Shown one piece after another: positions 26,097-37,900 of a stretch of 64,000 bases of DNA (its first letter is position 1; each line of letters opens with the position of its first letter). The DNA comes from Blastocladiella emersonii ATCC 22665 (Eukaryota; Fungi; Blastocladiomycota). The DNA is taken from contig JANHCV010000010.1 in NCBI GenBank assembly GCA_025594325.1, forward strand, positions 620,001-684,000, given 5' to 3'. The position numbers and the translations under genes are program-made. The notes under the pieces were generated by a model. It had not been told where the DNA came from. It was given only the letters and a program-made list of their open reading frames with translations, and ran no database searches.

Positions 26097-26358
26097 GCTA
26101 CGTGTCAAATCCATAATAGACGTTACAAGTCACAGGTCGTCACTTGGAGAGGGAGGGGCACGAAACTGGTGGGGAGTGAGGGGTGACCGAGGGACCGTGA
26201 CCGCGGGATGCGTTGCGCCACAGGCGAGACCTTGCCGCACTCTCGCCCACCCCATCGCGAACGTGATAAAAGTCGCTTGTACAGTCCAAGGTGATGTATT
26301 GGTGCAATTAGGTGAATCGTGTCATGTGCTAGTGTGGTGGTGCGGTCCCGCCGCTGAT

Positions 26359-28019
26359 CTAGACCCACTGGGCGATCGCCGCGAGCATGGCAACGGCACC
26401 GACCACGACCGCCGCCGAGCCGCCTGCGACCGACGTCGACGCGGCGCTCTTCTTGCCCGACGCCGCGGCCTGGACCTCGGGGATCGCCGAGTCCTTGAAG
26501 TCGTCCGTCTGCGACTTGGCGGCGACGTTGATGTTCGCGACCAGGTCGTCGACGATGGGCAGGGTCTTGGGGTCGACCGACTTGCTGGCGATGGCCTGGT
26601 TGAGCGCGTCGATGACGGCGTTGATGCCGGCCTCGACCTGGCGGATGTCGGCGATCGGGACCTTGGGCATGATCTTGCCCCACTCGGCGTCCGTGAAGTT
26701 GGCGAGCTTGAGGAGCGACGTGATGTCGCGCACGTCGGGCACGGGCGCGTTGATCGGGTCCGTCACCGCCGTCGTGTCGTTAGCCCCAACAGCCTGGCGC
26801 GCACGGAGACGCGACGCGGAGCCGCCCGTCGACGTCGACACCTGGTCGTACGTGTAGCACAGGCGCGTGCGGTACCGCAGCATGTCGAGGTTCGTGAACT
26901 TGTCCGTGTACAGCACCACACGGTCCGTCGACGCCAGCTTGGCCTGCCCCTGCGACGTGCGCGTCGACAAGTCCTCGGCGTTCTGCGGACGCACAGCCTG
27001 CCACTAAATCGAGGTGAAAAGGTGAAGTGGGGCAGGGTGGGGCGGGGTGGGGAGAAATGGTCAGGTTAAGGTCGGTGGTCGCGTCGCGCGTCGCTTCCGA
27101 CTCCCGGGCAGCTCCTCGAGCTCCCCAGTCCTCCAAAAACAAGCGGAAAACACGTACAGCGGCCCAGAGAAGGTCGACGAAATTGTGGTGCAGCCAGAAG
27201 ATTGGATCGGCCGGGGAGATGTTGGGGTCGCCCATATGCCCGCCGATGAGCATGTGGTACTGGTTGTGGGGCGACGCCTCGATCGTGCGGCTCATATCGC
27301 CGAACGACGTGAACTGCGACAGCCCGCGCGCGAGCACCTGCGACTGCGGGATCCACGTGAACCCGGCGTTGGCGTTGCGCCGCGGCTCGCGCGTCACCTG
27401 CTGGTTCGAGTCGTCCGTCAGGCCGACGAACGGCGCCCTGAGCGGGCCCGCGACCAGCTGGCCCAGCCCCGCCGACGAGAACACCGACGACGCCGTCGGG
27501 TTGCGCGAGTCCGCCAGCTCGTCCCAGTACGGCAGCGCCGTCAGCGCGCCCTTGCTCGCCTTGATCAGCTCGTTCTCGAACTCCCACAGGAGCGCGCGGT
27601 GCATCGGCTAAACGGAGACGGGGAGGAGAGAACGGTCAGGTTCCCATGGCTTCGGCAGGCGGGAGACACGCGTCGCGTCGTGCTTCAGCGACCAGCGAAC
27701 GTACCAGGAACCACACGGTGCCGTGGTACTCCATCCCCTCGCGGTGCTTGCGCGTCATCTTGTCCATGGCGCCCGACGCCTTCATGCTACACACGACGCG
27801 CGCAAGAAGATCAGCCCTCCATCACAGCAGCCGGGACCGCTTGACAACGTACGCCTTGATGGCCTCGCCGTACGCCTTGCGCTCCGCGTCCGACAGACTG
27901 CGGAAGCTGCGGCGGTTGCGGATGCCGTTCGGGCACGCCCCCTGCTGCTGCGCGTCGGCCGCCGTGGCCAGGACGAGCGCCAGGACGACGAGGACGAGGG
28001 TCGAGTGTGCGAGCTTCAT
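26359..28019 (-). CDS. Secreted tyrosinase/polyphenol oxidase (type-3 di-copper), 3 introns, possible C-terminal GPI signal
   Basis: MKLAHSTLVLVVLALVLATAADAQ signal; spliced CuA ...RKHREGMEYHGTVWFLPMHRALL; CuB PHNQYHMLIGGHMGDPNISPADPIFWLHHNFVDLLW; hydrophobic tail SAAVVVGAVAMLAAIAQWV. Confidence 0.9.
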
Positions 28020-28520
28020 TGCGATAAGGTAGTTGATGCGTAGTCTAGGCTGCCCCGAGGATAGGATGGCGAGCCGTTCGTGCTTTCTTGTGGGAGCGGG
28101 AGAGGGGAGCGCGGGGCGCGAGCGGGTTTTGAGGGTCGGTGGTCGGCGGGTCCCTGAGCTTTGCCTGTTCCATGGTTCGCTCCGCGGGCCGTGGAAAATT
28201 GGAAAATAGCTCATCTGCCGCCACCCGCAGCTGCGGGCTTGATGAACCGCAAGCGCCGGCCACAAGCCGCTGCGGGTTTGATGATGAAGATGAAGGGTGT
28301 CACACCGCCTCATCCGCGGGCTCGGGCAGTTCCCTTGGCTCGGGTGGGCGCAGCAAGCGTCGTGTCGCGTCGAGCGCGCGTCGTACATGCGCGAGTTACA
28401 GTTCAGAGAGATCAGATGTATTCGACATATCACTGGTGGCGGGGATAGATGGTTGTTGCTGGGATGGATGGGATAGATATACACGGGTTCTGCAATGCAA
28501 TGATGATGACTTTCACTCGC

Positions 28521-31500
28521 TCACGGCGCGGCCGCCGTCGTCGCCGGGGCCTCCTCGCCCACGGCGCCCACGTTAAGCCCGCCCATCATACCCTCGAGCT
28601 GGCCGACCGTGGCCACGACCGGGCGCGGTGGGGACCCGGCAACGGTGGTCATGACCATGGGCGGCGACGACGCCGGGAGGTACACGGTCGGCGGCGACAT
28701 GGCCATCGTCACGGCCGCCGCCGGCGCCGGGGCGGGCGGCGGGACCGCGAGCGTGAGCGGGCCGGCGGGTGTGATGACGACGGGCGACGCCGAGGAGATG
28801 GGCGCCCAGAACGGCGCGGCCGACGTGGACAGCGGCGAGCTCTTGACGGGGGTCGTGGCGGTGGCCGAGACGACGCCGGTGGCCATGGCCGACGGGGGCG
28901 AGTGCATGGGCTCGAACACGGGCGGGTGCGCGTGAGACTGCTGCTCGTGCTGGTCGGCGGCCGAGTACCCGCCGAGGTTCCCGGTCCACGACGCAGCGGG
29001 CGCCGGCGCCGCGAGGCCGAGCGTGCCGTTGCTGGCGGCGGCGGCGTTCATGGTGGTCTGGTCGACGAACGCGGCGGTCCCCTCGCCGCCGCCGCCGGCG
29101 TACCCGGCCTTGGTCACGCCGCCGTACCCGACGTCGGCCATGTACGGCACGGCGGCGGCCACGGGGTTGAGCGCGAGCGTCTGGACCTGTCGGAGCGGCG
29201 GCGGGACGGGCGGCCACGCGGCGAACCCGGCGGTATCGAGGACGATCGCCTTCTGCCGATCCGTGAAGGCGGGGACGATGAAGATAGACCGGAGCAGGCG
29301 CGCCATGAGGGTCGCGTCCATGGAGTGCGACGGCTTGACGAGGTGCGCGCGCAGCGTCTCGACCGTGAGCTTGGCCATTTCGAACAGGTGGTCGCGCTGC
29401 ATCGTCGAGATGAGGTGGCGCTGGTGCCACGGGAACTTGAGCAGGATGATCATCACGTTCTCAAAGGGGCGCTGCGAGCACTTGCGCGAGAAGAACAGCT
29501 TGAACGACTTGCACACCGCCAAAACCTGGTTGATCTCGGCCCGAGACAGGAACACGATCTCAGGCGGACCCGTCACCGCCGTGTCGGACGTGTCGCTCGT
29601 CGTGCTCGGCGCCGCGGACGTGTACGGGTAGGCGGCGGCGGGTTCGGGGACAGTGACGGCGGCGGAGGTGGGAGCGGGCTCGGCCGCAGCGGACGGGAAC
29701 GTGGCGCTGGTCGGTGACCCGCCGTGCGACGACGGCGCCGACGCGGACGCAGTCGGGCTCATCGGGGTATCGTCGAGGCCGACGACGGGCTTCTTGACGG
29801 GGCTCTCGGCGCCGAGCGGCGGCCACGCCTCGAGGCTGCGGTTCGCGGACGCCGCGGGCACGACCGCGGTCGGCGTCGTCGGCACCGCGGCGGCCGCCTC
29901 CGTAGCCGTAGCCGACGGCGTGATGCGGACGGGCGTCGACGGCGCAGACCCGGCGTTACTCGGCGGTCCGCGCGGGACAAAGATGGCGGGGAAGATGTGC
30001 ATCTGCTGCAGTATCTCCTGCTGGCGCTGCTGGTAGTACGGGTGGTGGGGCGGGAAGGGGACGGCGTTGAGGGACTGGAACTCGCCGGCAAAGGCGGGGA
30101 ACACGGTGCGCATGAGCTCGGCCTGGCTCGACCGGTGCACCGTGACGACGCGGCCGCGCAGGATGCGGCGCTGGCGGTCGCGCAGCGCGAGCATCACGTC
30201 GTCCATGCAGCACAGCTCGACAAACGCGTCGGACCGCGTCTTGCCCGTCTCGCGGATCATGGTGATGTGCACCATCGGCAGCCCGCCCATGTACCCGACC
30301 GGGATCGGCGCCAGGTACTGCTGCACGTCCGGGATGGTCACGTCCCACGGGATCTAGCGCGGGCGAGTGGAGCACGTGTGAGCTTAAGTCCGCGCTCGGC
30401 GAATACGGTGAGAGGCGCACGTACATTGTTGATCTTAACGACGGGGTATCGAATCGGCTTCCACACGACGTCGGCGGGGTCCTCGGGCACGGCCTGGAGC
30501 ATCTCGGTCGGCTGCAGGACGTAGCTATCGCACGGATCAAACGTGTCAGTTCCCCGCTCCACCCAACCCGTCATCGAGACCGCGTACCAGTTCTCATACG
30601 TCGGCGGCGACTGGTACGGCGGCGCGACCTGGCCCTGCATGTGCGCGACCTCGTAGTGGCCGCCGTACTCACCCGCTCCCCCACTGCCGCCCGTCGCGTA
30701 CTGGTCGTGGACCATGGCGCCACCGCCGCCCGACGCCGGGTACGCGTACATGAGCGGCTGGCCCTGCGCGTCGACCATGACGGGCGCCGCGGTGGACATG
30801 CTGGACTGCGCGGCGAGGTACTACACCGAGCATGAGGGTGGTCAGCGAGGCAGCTCGGTCGGGGCGGCGAAGTGCGAGCCCGCGTACCTGTCGGTGCTCG
30901 GGATCGTTGACGTTGATGTACGGCATCGGCTCGGGCTGCTCTGTGCCGATCACGGTCGTGCCGCCGTACGACGACGACGTGTCGAGGTCCCACGACGCGG
31001 CGTCGAGCTGCTGCTGCTGCGGCGGCGGCGCGTGAACGGACGTCGGGGTCGAGGGCGCGACGGCAGGCTCGGTCCACGCGGTCGACGTCCACTGGCGCGA
31101 CGTGCCGCCAGTCGAGGTCGGGACATGCGGCGCGTGCTGCTGCTGGTATTGCTGGTTGTACTGCTGGTATTGCTGGTGGTGGTGCTGCTGCTTAGAATAC
31201 TGCTCGGGCTCGAAGGCCCGACTCTGCTGATAGTGGGCCGGGACCGACGGCTGCTGATACTGCGGCTGCGAGACGGCGGGCTGCTGCTGGAACTGCTGCT
31301 GGTGCGAGACCGCCGCCGACTGCGACTGCGACGGCTGCTGGCCGTGCTGGTAGACCTGGTGGTGCGTCTGCTGGTAGCGGTGGGTGACGACGGGCACCGC
31401 GGGCTCCTGCTGCTGCTGCTGGTGGACGTGATGGCGAAACTGATGCGCGGCGGCGGCGGCATCGAGCGGGTCTGACGGCTGGATCTCCTGCGCGAGCGGG

Positions 31501-32498
31501 TGGTGCGACTGCTGCTGCATCGACGAGGGCGGCGGCGGCGTCGAAGAAGTAGACCACACGTTGGCGAGGCCCGAGCGGCGCGGCGCGGGCTTCTCGGGGA
31601 CCGCGTCGCGCAGCCACGAGGGGAGCAGGTTGGGCACCGAGATGTGGCGGTCGAGGTGCGGCGGCGGGGCCTGCATGCTCGACACGCTGCTGCTGGTGCC
31701 GCCGCCGCCGCCCGGCGACGAGGTGCCGAGGCCGAGACCGACGGGAGACGCACCCGCGCGGAACCCGATGGGGCCGGGCGAGAAGGCGCGCGAGTAGTGC
31801 GAGCCGGCGGGGACCGCGTACTCGTCAAGGCCTGCGACGGACATGGCACCGGCGCCGGTGCGGTCCGACTCGCTCTCGGCCATCTGGAACAGGAGCTCGA
31901 GGTCGCTCGGCGAGTCGAACGGGTCGACGGCCGAGAACGCGGCCGCGGCCGCGGGGGCCATCCCGTGGTGGTGGTGGTGGCGGTACGGCGCGTTGGTGGT
32001 CTCGGCGCGGCGCGTCTTGGGCGGGGCGAGCCCGCCGATGCGGTCGAACGACAGGATGCCGCCGCCGCCAGTGCTCGCGCCGCTGCCGCTGCCGACGGAC
32101 GAGCGCGGCGGCGACGGGTACTGCTGCATCGAGTCAAACGCGGTGCCGCCGGGCGTCGCAGACCGCGTGAGCAGGGGACCAGCCGCGCCGGATCCGTCAC
32201 GCAGCAGCGAGCGCGACAGGTCGTGGCCGAGCAGCAGGTCGTGGCGGCCGAGTGGCGCGCTCACGTTGCGCTCGAGTGGGGGCGGCGGGAGCATGCGCGG
32301 CGGCGAGCCGGCGGGGCCGGCCGAGGCGTGCGAGTGCGGGTGCGAGGCGAAGGGGTGGTGGTGCATGGGCGCCGGCGACGATGAGTGCGGCGCGGCGAGC
32401 GAGTGCATCGGCTGCTGCGCGCGCAGGTCGAGGCCCGAGTCGTCGATGCTGCCGCCGGCCCACATGCGCGAGGCCACCGAGGCGCGCGGGTGGTCCAT
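28521..32498 (-). CDS. Fungal RRM (qRRM/ESRP-like) RNA-binding protein with long low-complexity regions, multi-exon
   Basis: Begins MDHPRASVASRMW; YPVVKINN|IPWDVTIPDV...VHITMIRETGKTRSDAFVEL...LRGRVVTVHRSSQAELM; SRKCSQRPFENVMIILLKFPW; introns near 30886-30826 and 30420-30356. Confidence 0.8.
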
Positions 32499-33033
32499 GG
32501 TGGTGGGTAACGCGGCGGAGGTGTGGGGAGAAGGGAGGGGTGGCGAGGGCGCAGAACAGTGATGGGAGCGGTGATGCGTCAGAGCGCGCGGCGCAAGGGG
32601 CGGGGCGCGTGTGCGTGTATGCGGTCGGTCGGCCCACGGGTTGCGGACTTGGTGGGTGCGGCTCAGCGGGCCGCGGGTGCGTGGATGCAGTCTCTTTCTC
32701 GGCGAACGGCGGGCAGGTGCGTGCGTGCGGGCGTCGCGAGGGGAGCGGCGGGAGCGGGGAGCGCGCGCGGATGGCCGTTCGCTGGAGGGGAACAGTGGGA
32801 GTGCAGAACAGGTGACGCGCGCAGTCAGCAGCGCAGGGGCAGGGGGGCAGGCACGGTGAGTGCGGCGGCGATTGTCTCCCGCCCGGGCAGGCCGACCGAG
32901 TCGATCGGGCCAGGGGGGAAGGTGCGAGACGCAGCGGGCCGCCCAACCAGGGGTGGCCCAACGCGCACTCCTCGTCGACGCGTCGAGGGTCACGCGACGC
33001 GGTCGCCACGGGCCCTCTCCCCTCCCCCGCTTT

Positions 33034-34938
33034 ATGATGGATCGCCCACGACGCAATAAACCCGGCCACTCACCGCAACGCGCCAATGCACTCGAGCTGC
33101 TGATGGAAAAGGCGCGCCGGCGCGCGGGTGCCGCGACCCCGACGCGCTGCCTCAAGTCGCGCGCCGAGCTCGCGGGCAGTAGCGCGGCCTCGTCTTCTTC
33201 TCCCGCTCCCGAGAGCGTCACGCCGTCGCGAGCAGAAGAGACCGTGCCCGCCGCTGCGACTGACAGCGATGACGACGACGACGACGTCGTGACGCCCGGC
33301 CGCTCCCGCAGCGCGCGCGCCGCCCGGGTCGCCGTCTCTGACGACGATGACGAGCCCGCGCCGGCCGTCACACCCTCTCGACCCGCGGCGCCCGCCGATC
33401 CCGCCGCCTGGCTCGCGTTCGCCGACGATGACGAGGAGGACCGTGACCCGTCGTCGCCCGACCCGTCGGCATCCCGCTCGCCCGCGCCGCGCCGCGGCAA
33501 GCTGCTGCGCCGCTCCAAGCTCAGCGCGCGCAAGCGCTCGTCCGTCTCGGACGACGAGGACGGTGAGTCGTCGCAGGGTGACGAGGATGATGCGCTCGAC
33601 GAGTCCAGTACGGCCCTCCTCGCCACACTGCTGACTGTGGCCAGTGGATATAACCCCGCGCACCTATGCGTAGACATCATCGACGACGCGCGCCCGTCGC
33701 GCACCTCGCGCCGCCTGACCGCGCGCGAGCGCATCGAGCAGGCCCGCAAGCGCCGCCGGCTCGGCTCGGACGATTCGCCCGCTCCCGATGCACCCGAAGC
33801 CGACTCGGTCGTCGTTCTCAGCGACTCAGACGACGACGCCGCCGACGCCGACTCGCCCGTCGACGAGGACGCCGCCATGGACGGCTTCATCGTGAGCGAC
33901 GAGGACGAGGACGGTGCTGGTGCGACACCCGGCACCGTGTCGGTGCTCCCGCTGTCGTTCCAGAACCTCGACTCCTTCGACTGGTACCGCCTGTTCCTGC
34001 GCTACCTCGCGCGCCTCGCCCTCGACCCGCGCGAGAGCGACCGGCTCCAGTCGCGTGCCGGGTCCAACGACGATCCGCTCGCCTCGGCGTTCCGCAAGAT
34101 CAAGACTATGCTCGACTCGCGCGCGCAGAATATGTACAGCTCCGTGTGGAGTGCGCAGCTGCTGGTACTACTTTTGGCGCGGCTCCGCGATCGAACTGGA
34201 AGCTGACTCGCAATGCCGCCCGTCCAGCAAACCATCAAAGACCACCCGACCGCGACCCGCTCGGGCAACTCCGCCACCGCCATGTGCGAGACGTGCAACC
34301 GGTCCGAGCGCAACGCGTGCGCCCGCATCACCTTCCACGGCAGGCCCTACGACCGCGCCACGTTCGTCCAGCTCGCTGCCCCCGAGCGCGACTCGTCCTC
34401 CTCGTCGTCATCCGACTCAGATTCCGAGCCCGAGCCCGAGCCGAAACGCACCCCGCGCCGCCACGCCGTCATCGCGTCCGACTCGGACTCCGACTCCAAC
34501 TCCCCACCACCCGCCTCGCGCCCGTCCTCCATCTCGCCCAACCGCGCCGCGCGCGTCCACATGGGCGCCCCCTCCGTTTCCGCGGGCCGGTACTGCGCGC
34601 TGCGCGTCGTCGGGTTCCACGCGCTCGAGCACTACGTGTACCACACTCTGTCGCGCGTGCGTGCGCACCTGCGGTCGCTGGCCGTCGAGCACGAGCTGTT
34701 CCGCGCGCTCGACGCGATCGATGCGATCGATGCGGGGGAGTGTAAGGACGAGACGGTGCAGGGTGAGGCGGAGAAGCTCTTGGGCGTGTTCCCTGATGAA
34801 GATTGGGCGGCCGGCGAGTTCGAGCGGTTCGAAGGCGCGCTCGAGGAGGCCGACGATGTCCTGTCGAACCGTGTGGGGGCGATGGAGCGGACGAGCGGCG
34901 GGGGGTCGAGGGGGTATGGGTTTGGGCGGCGGCGGTAA
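33034..34938 (+). CDS. DUF4211/CCDC82-like protein, acidic/Ser-rich N-terminus, one intron (~34168-34227)
   Basis: MDGFIVSDED; FLRYLARLALDP...FRKIKTML...SSVWSAQLL|QTIKDHP...CETCNRS...ITFHGRPYD...GRYCALRVVGFHALEHY. Family recognised from memory. Confidence 0.65.
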
Positions 34939-34993
34939 CAAAGACGGAAAGTTTTGGATGGATAAGAATAGGATCGTCTATTGTGTTCTACAT

Positions 34994-37900
34994 CTACTCG
35001 ATGGCCTGGACCAGCTTGCTCTCGAGCGCGAGCGAGTAAAAGACCGAGTTGGGCCGCGCCAGCAGCGCCGCGGGCGTGTCGAACTCGGCCACCTCGCCGT
35101 GGTCGAGCACCAGGATCTTGTCATAGTCGATGATCGTGCCGATGCTAATACGGAAAAGTCAGTCTTGAGAGGGTGAGTGGGGTAAGGAGGGGAGGGGAGG
35201 GGCGGGGGAAGGAGGGAGGAGAGCGCACCGGTGCGCGATCGTGATCACCGTGCAGCTGTCAAACTCGCGGCGGATCGTCTCCTGGACCAGGTTGTTGGTG
35301 GCCGCGTCGATGCTGCTCGTGGCCTCGTCGAGGACCTGGCGGAAACGAGGGGGCGAAATGAGGTCGAAGGTCAGCAACCTGACCAACCACGCCATCAAGT
35401 GACAAAAGCGTACCAGAACCCGCGTCTTGCGCAGAATCGCGCGCGCGAGACACAGCAGCTGCGACTGCCCGACACTCAGCGTGGACGCCTTGATCGGCGC
35501 GTCGAGCGCCCCAGGCAACGCGGCGATCGCGTCCCGCAAATGCGCGGCGTCGAGGGCGGCCCAGATCTTGGCGTCGGACCGCGACGCGAGCGGGTCGAGG
35601 TTGTCGCGGATGCTCGCCTCCATGAGGTACGCGTCCTGCGGCAGGATCGTCAGCTGCGTGCGCAGGTCGTGCAGGCCGAGCGTTGCAATGTCCAGCCCGT
35701 CGATTGTGATGGTCCCCGACGCGGCTTCCATCAGGCGGAACAGGGTCGCGGTCAGGGAGGATTTGCCGGCGCCCGTGCTACGATTGAGTTCGGGAGGGGG
35801 GTTAGCGCGCGAGCATGACGCGCGGGTGGACAGGAACACGCGTACCGGCCAACGATCCCAATCTTCTTGCCGGCCTCGAACTTGAGCGAGATGTTCTTGA
35901 GGACAAGCGGGAGCCTGGGGCGGTACGCGACCAAGTAGTCCTTGAACACAATCTCGCCGCAGCTGGGCCACGCAGGGTCGAGCGCAAAACTCGTCTCCTT
36001 GGGCGCCCCGCTGGGCAGCGCCGTGTACTTGCGGATCCGCTCGACGCTGATCGCGCTGGCCTCGAGCTGGCCGTACATGCGGATGAGCGTGGAGAGGAGG
36101 TAGACGAGGTTGACCGAGGACAACTTGATCCCACCATGATCCTGACGGGCGAGGGCCACGCCTTTTCCGCCGGTACGCCGCTGCACCCGTTCGGCCGCTG
36201 CACGCAGTGCTGCTGACCGCCGCGCCGCGACACGTAGGCGGCGACCTTGACTCTTTGCAGAAGCGCATCGAGGCGTCCAACCTGACCAACGTACTGACCA
36301 TGCGCGCCTTGCGCATTGTACATGAAGACTGATGATTTAATTATGTTTCTTTTTTTTTCGCGCATTGACGCAGTGGAGATGGGGACCATTCCCGTGGAGA
36401 CAGTGAGAAACAATCAGGCGCAAGTCACGTGATGCTTTGTAACGATCGATTGCTGCTGCGACGTGGCGTCGAACTGCGCTCGCCGCGACGTCTAACCTGC
36501 CTCTTCCCGCACCAACACGAACGCCATGTAACCTCCTGCAATCGCGCCAGAACCCCTGATCGCGCTCTCCCCGCCGCCGACCGCACCAACACCCAGTATC
36601 AAACTCTCCTTCTCTCCCTCCCCGCCGCTCGACTGCGCCGACACACCACCACCACCTTCACCATGCCAACCCACCCGCCGGCCGTCGTCCAAGCCTTCAT
36701 CATGGAGATCCTGGCTTGCCACTCCGGCGCAGCGCAGCCCCCAACAGAGCCCAAGCGGTGGCCCAGCGCATCGACGGTCCTCAGGCTCCTCCATGAGATC
36801 GGTTGCAGACATCACGACATGTCCCGCGTCAAGCTCAACACCGCCGCCACCAAAGACCTCCCGATCCTCGGCGAGGACGTGCCCAAGTGGGTGCCGCCGC
36901 TGCGCAACCCCGCTGTCCCCGCCACCCTCATCAAGTCGCAGCTGCCCGCCAACGAGTTTGCCGGCATCCCCTCGCTTGGCCACCAGGTCCTCACCGAGCT
37001 CCGCTTCATGTTCCTTGTCAAGCTCGTCGAGCACCTCAGCACCTACGCCTCCATCCACGTTGCGTGCAGAAATGCCGCCGGCGAGCTGGTGTGGGTCCGC
37101 ATCACGCTCAACAACATCATCATCAACCAGAACGGCCCGCACGAGTACATTGAGTTCAAGCACTCGCAGCAGTCCTCCTGTTCGTTTCTCGCCACGCCCG
37201 CCCTGCACCTCCCCTCGCGCGTGGGCAAGATGGACAAGAGGGGCAACAAGTTCCTGGCTACGGTGCCTGCCAAGTCTGTTCCGCGCACGGCCTGCAACAT
37301 CAAGGAGCAGCTGTCTTGCAGCAACTACGCCGTGCAGTTCCGCTTTCGATTCGACATGGGCAAGTCGGCGCACGCCGCGCCACCGGCCGACCCCGTCGGC
37401 GCGCTGTCGTTTGCGCATCCTCTCGGCCTTGCGACCGTGGACAAGGTCAACACTACCATCAAGCTGTACGGCTACTGGCTCAGCGACGGCACCATGGACC
37501 GCAGCTCGAAGATCCTGTTCTACCTGACAAAGCCCCAGGACGTCACGTACCTCGACAACCTGTTCAAGCGGCTCAAGCGCGTCCTGCCACCGTCCAACAA
37601 GAACGGCATGACCAAGGTCCTGATGCCTTCGAGTAAGACAGTGTACACGATCAAGAACCAGCAGTGGGTCGAGTACTTTCGCTGTGCCTACCAGCACAAG
37701 TACGTCAAGTTGTTTGGTCACAATACCCAGCAGCTCAAGTACCTGATCAAGCCCAAGAAGCCCGTGCCCATCAACGGCCTCCCGTTCGCCGCCGTCCAGA
37801 TCCCCAACACGCCGTTCCTCACGCTTGAGGCCGAGTTCACGCACTTGGTCAAGTGGTGCCTCGGGTGGGTTGGTTTGGAGCTCAACCCGGACCAGATCAA

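Noticed and set aside
32499-33935. N-terminal half of the 1088-aa minus-strand ORF
   Set aside because: Overlaps the DUF4211-like gene antisense and intergenic DNA; the credible start is ATG 32498.
36429-36662. Upstream extension of the 842-aa ORF, and its Pro/Arg-rich tail after 38325
   Set aside because: Non-ATG start in pyrimidine-rich UTR-like sequence; the tail is an off-frame read-through of an intron.
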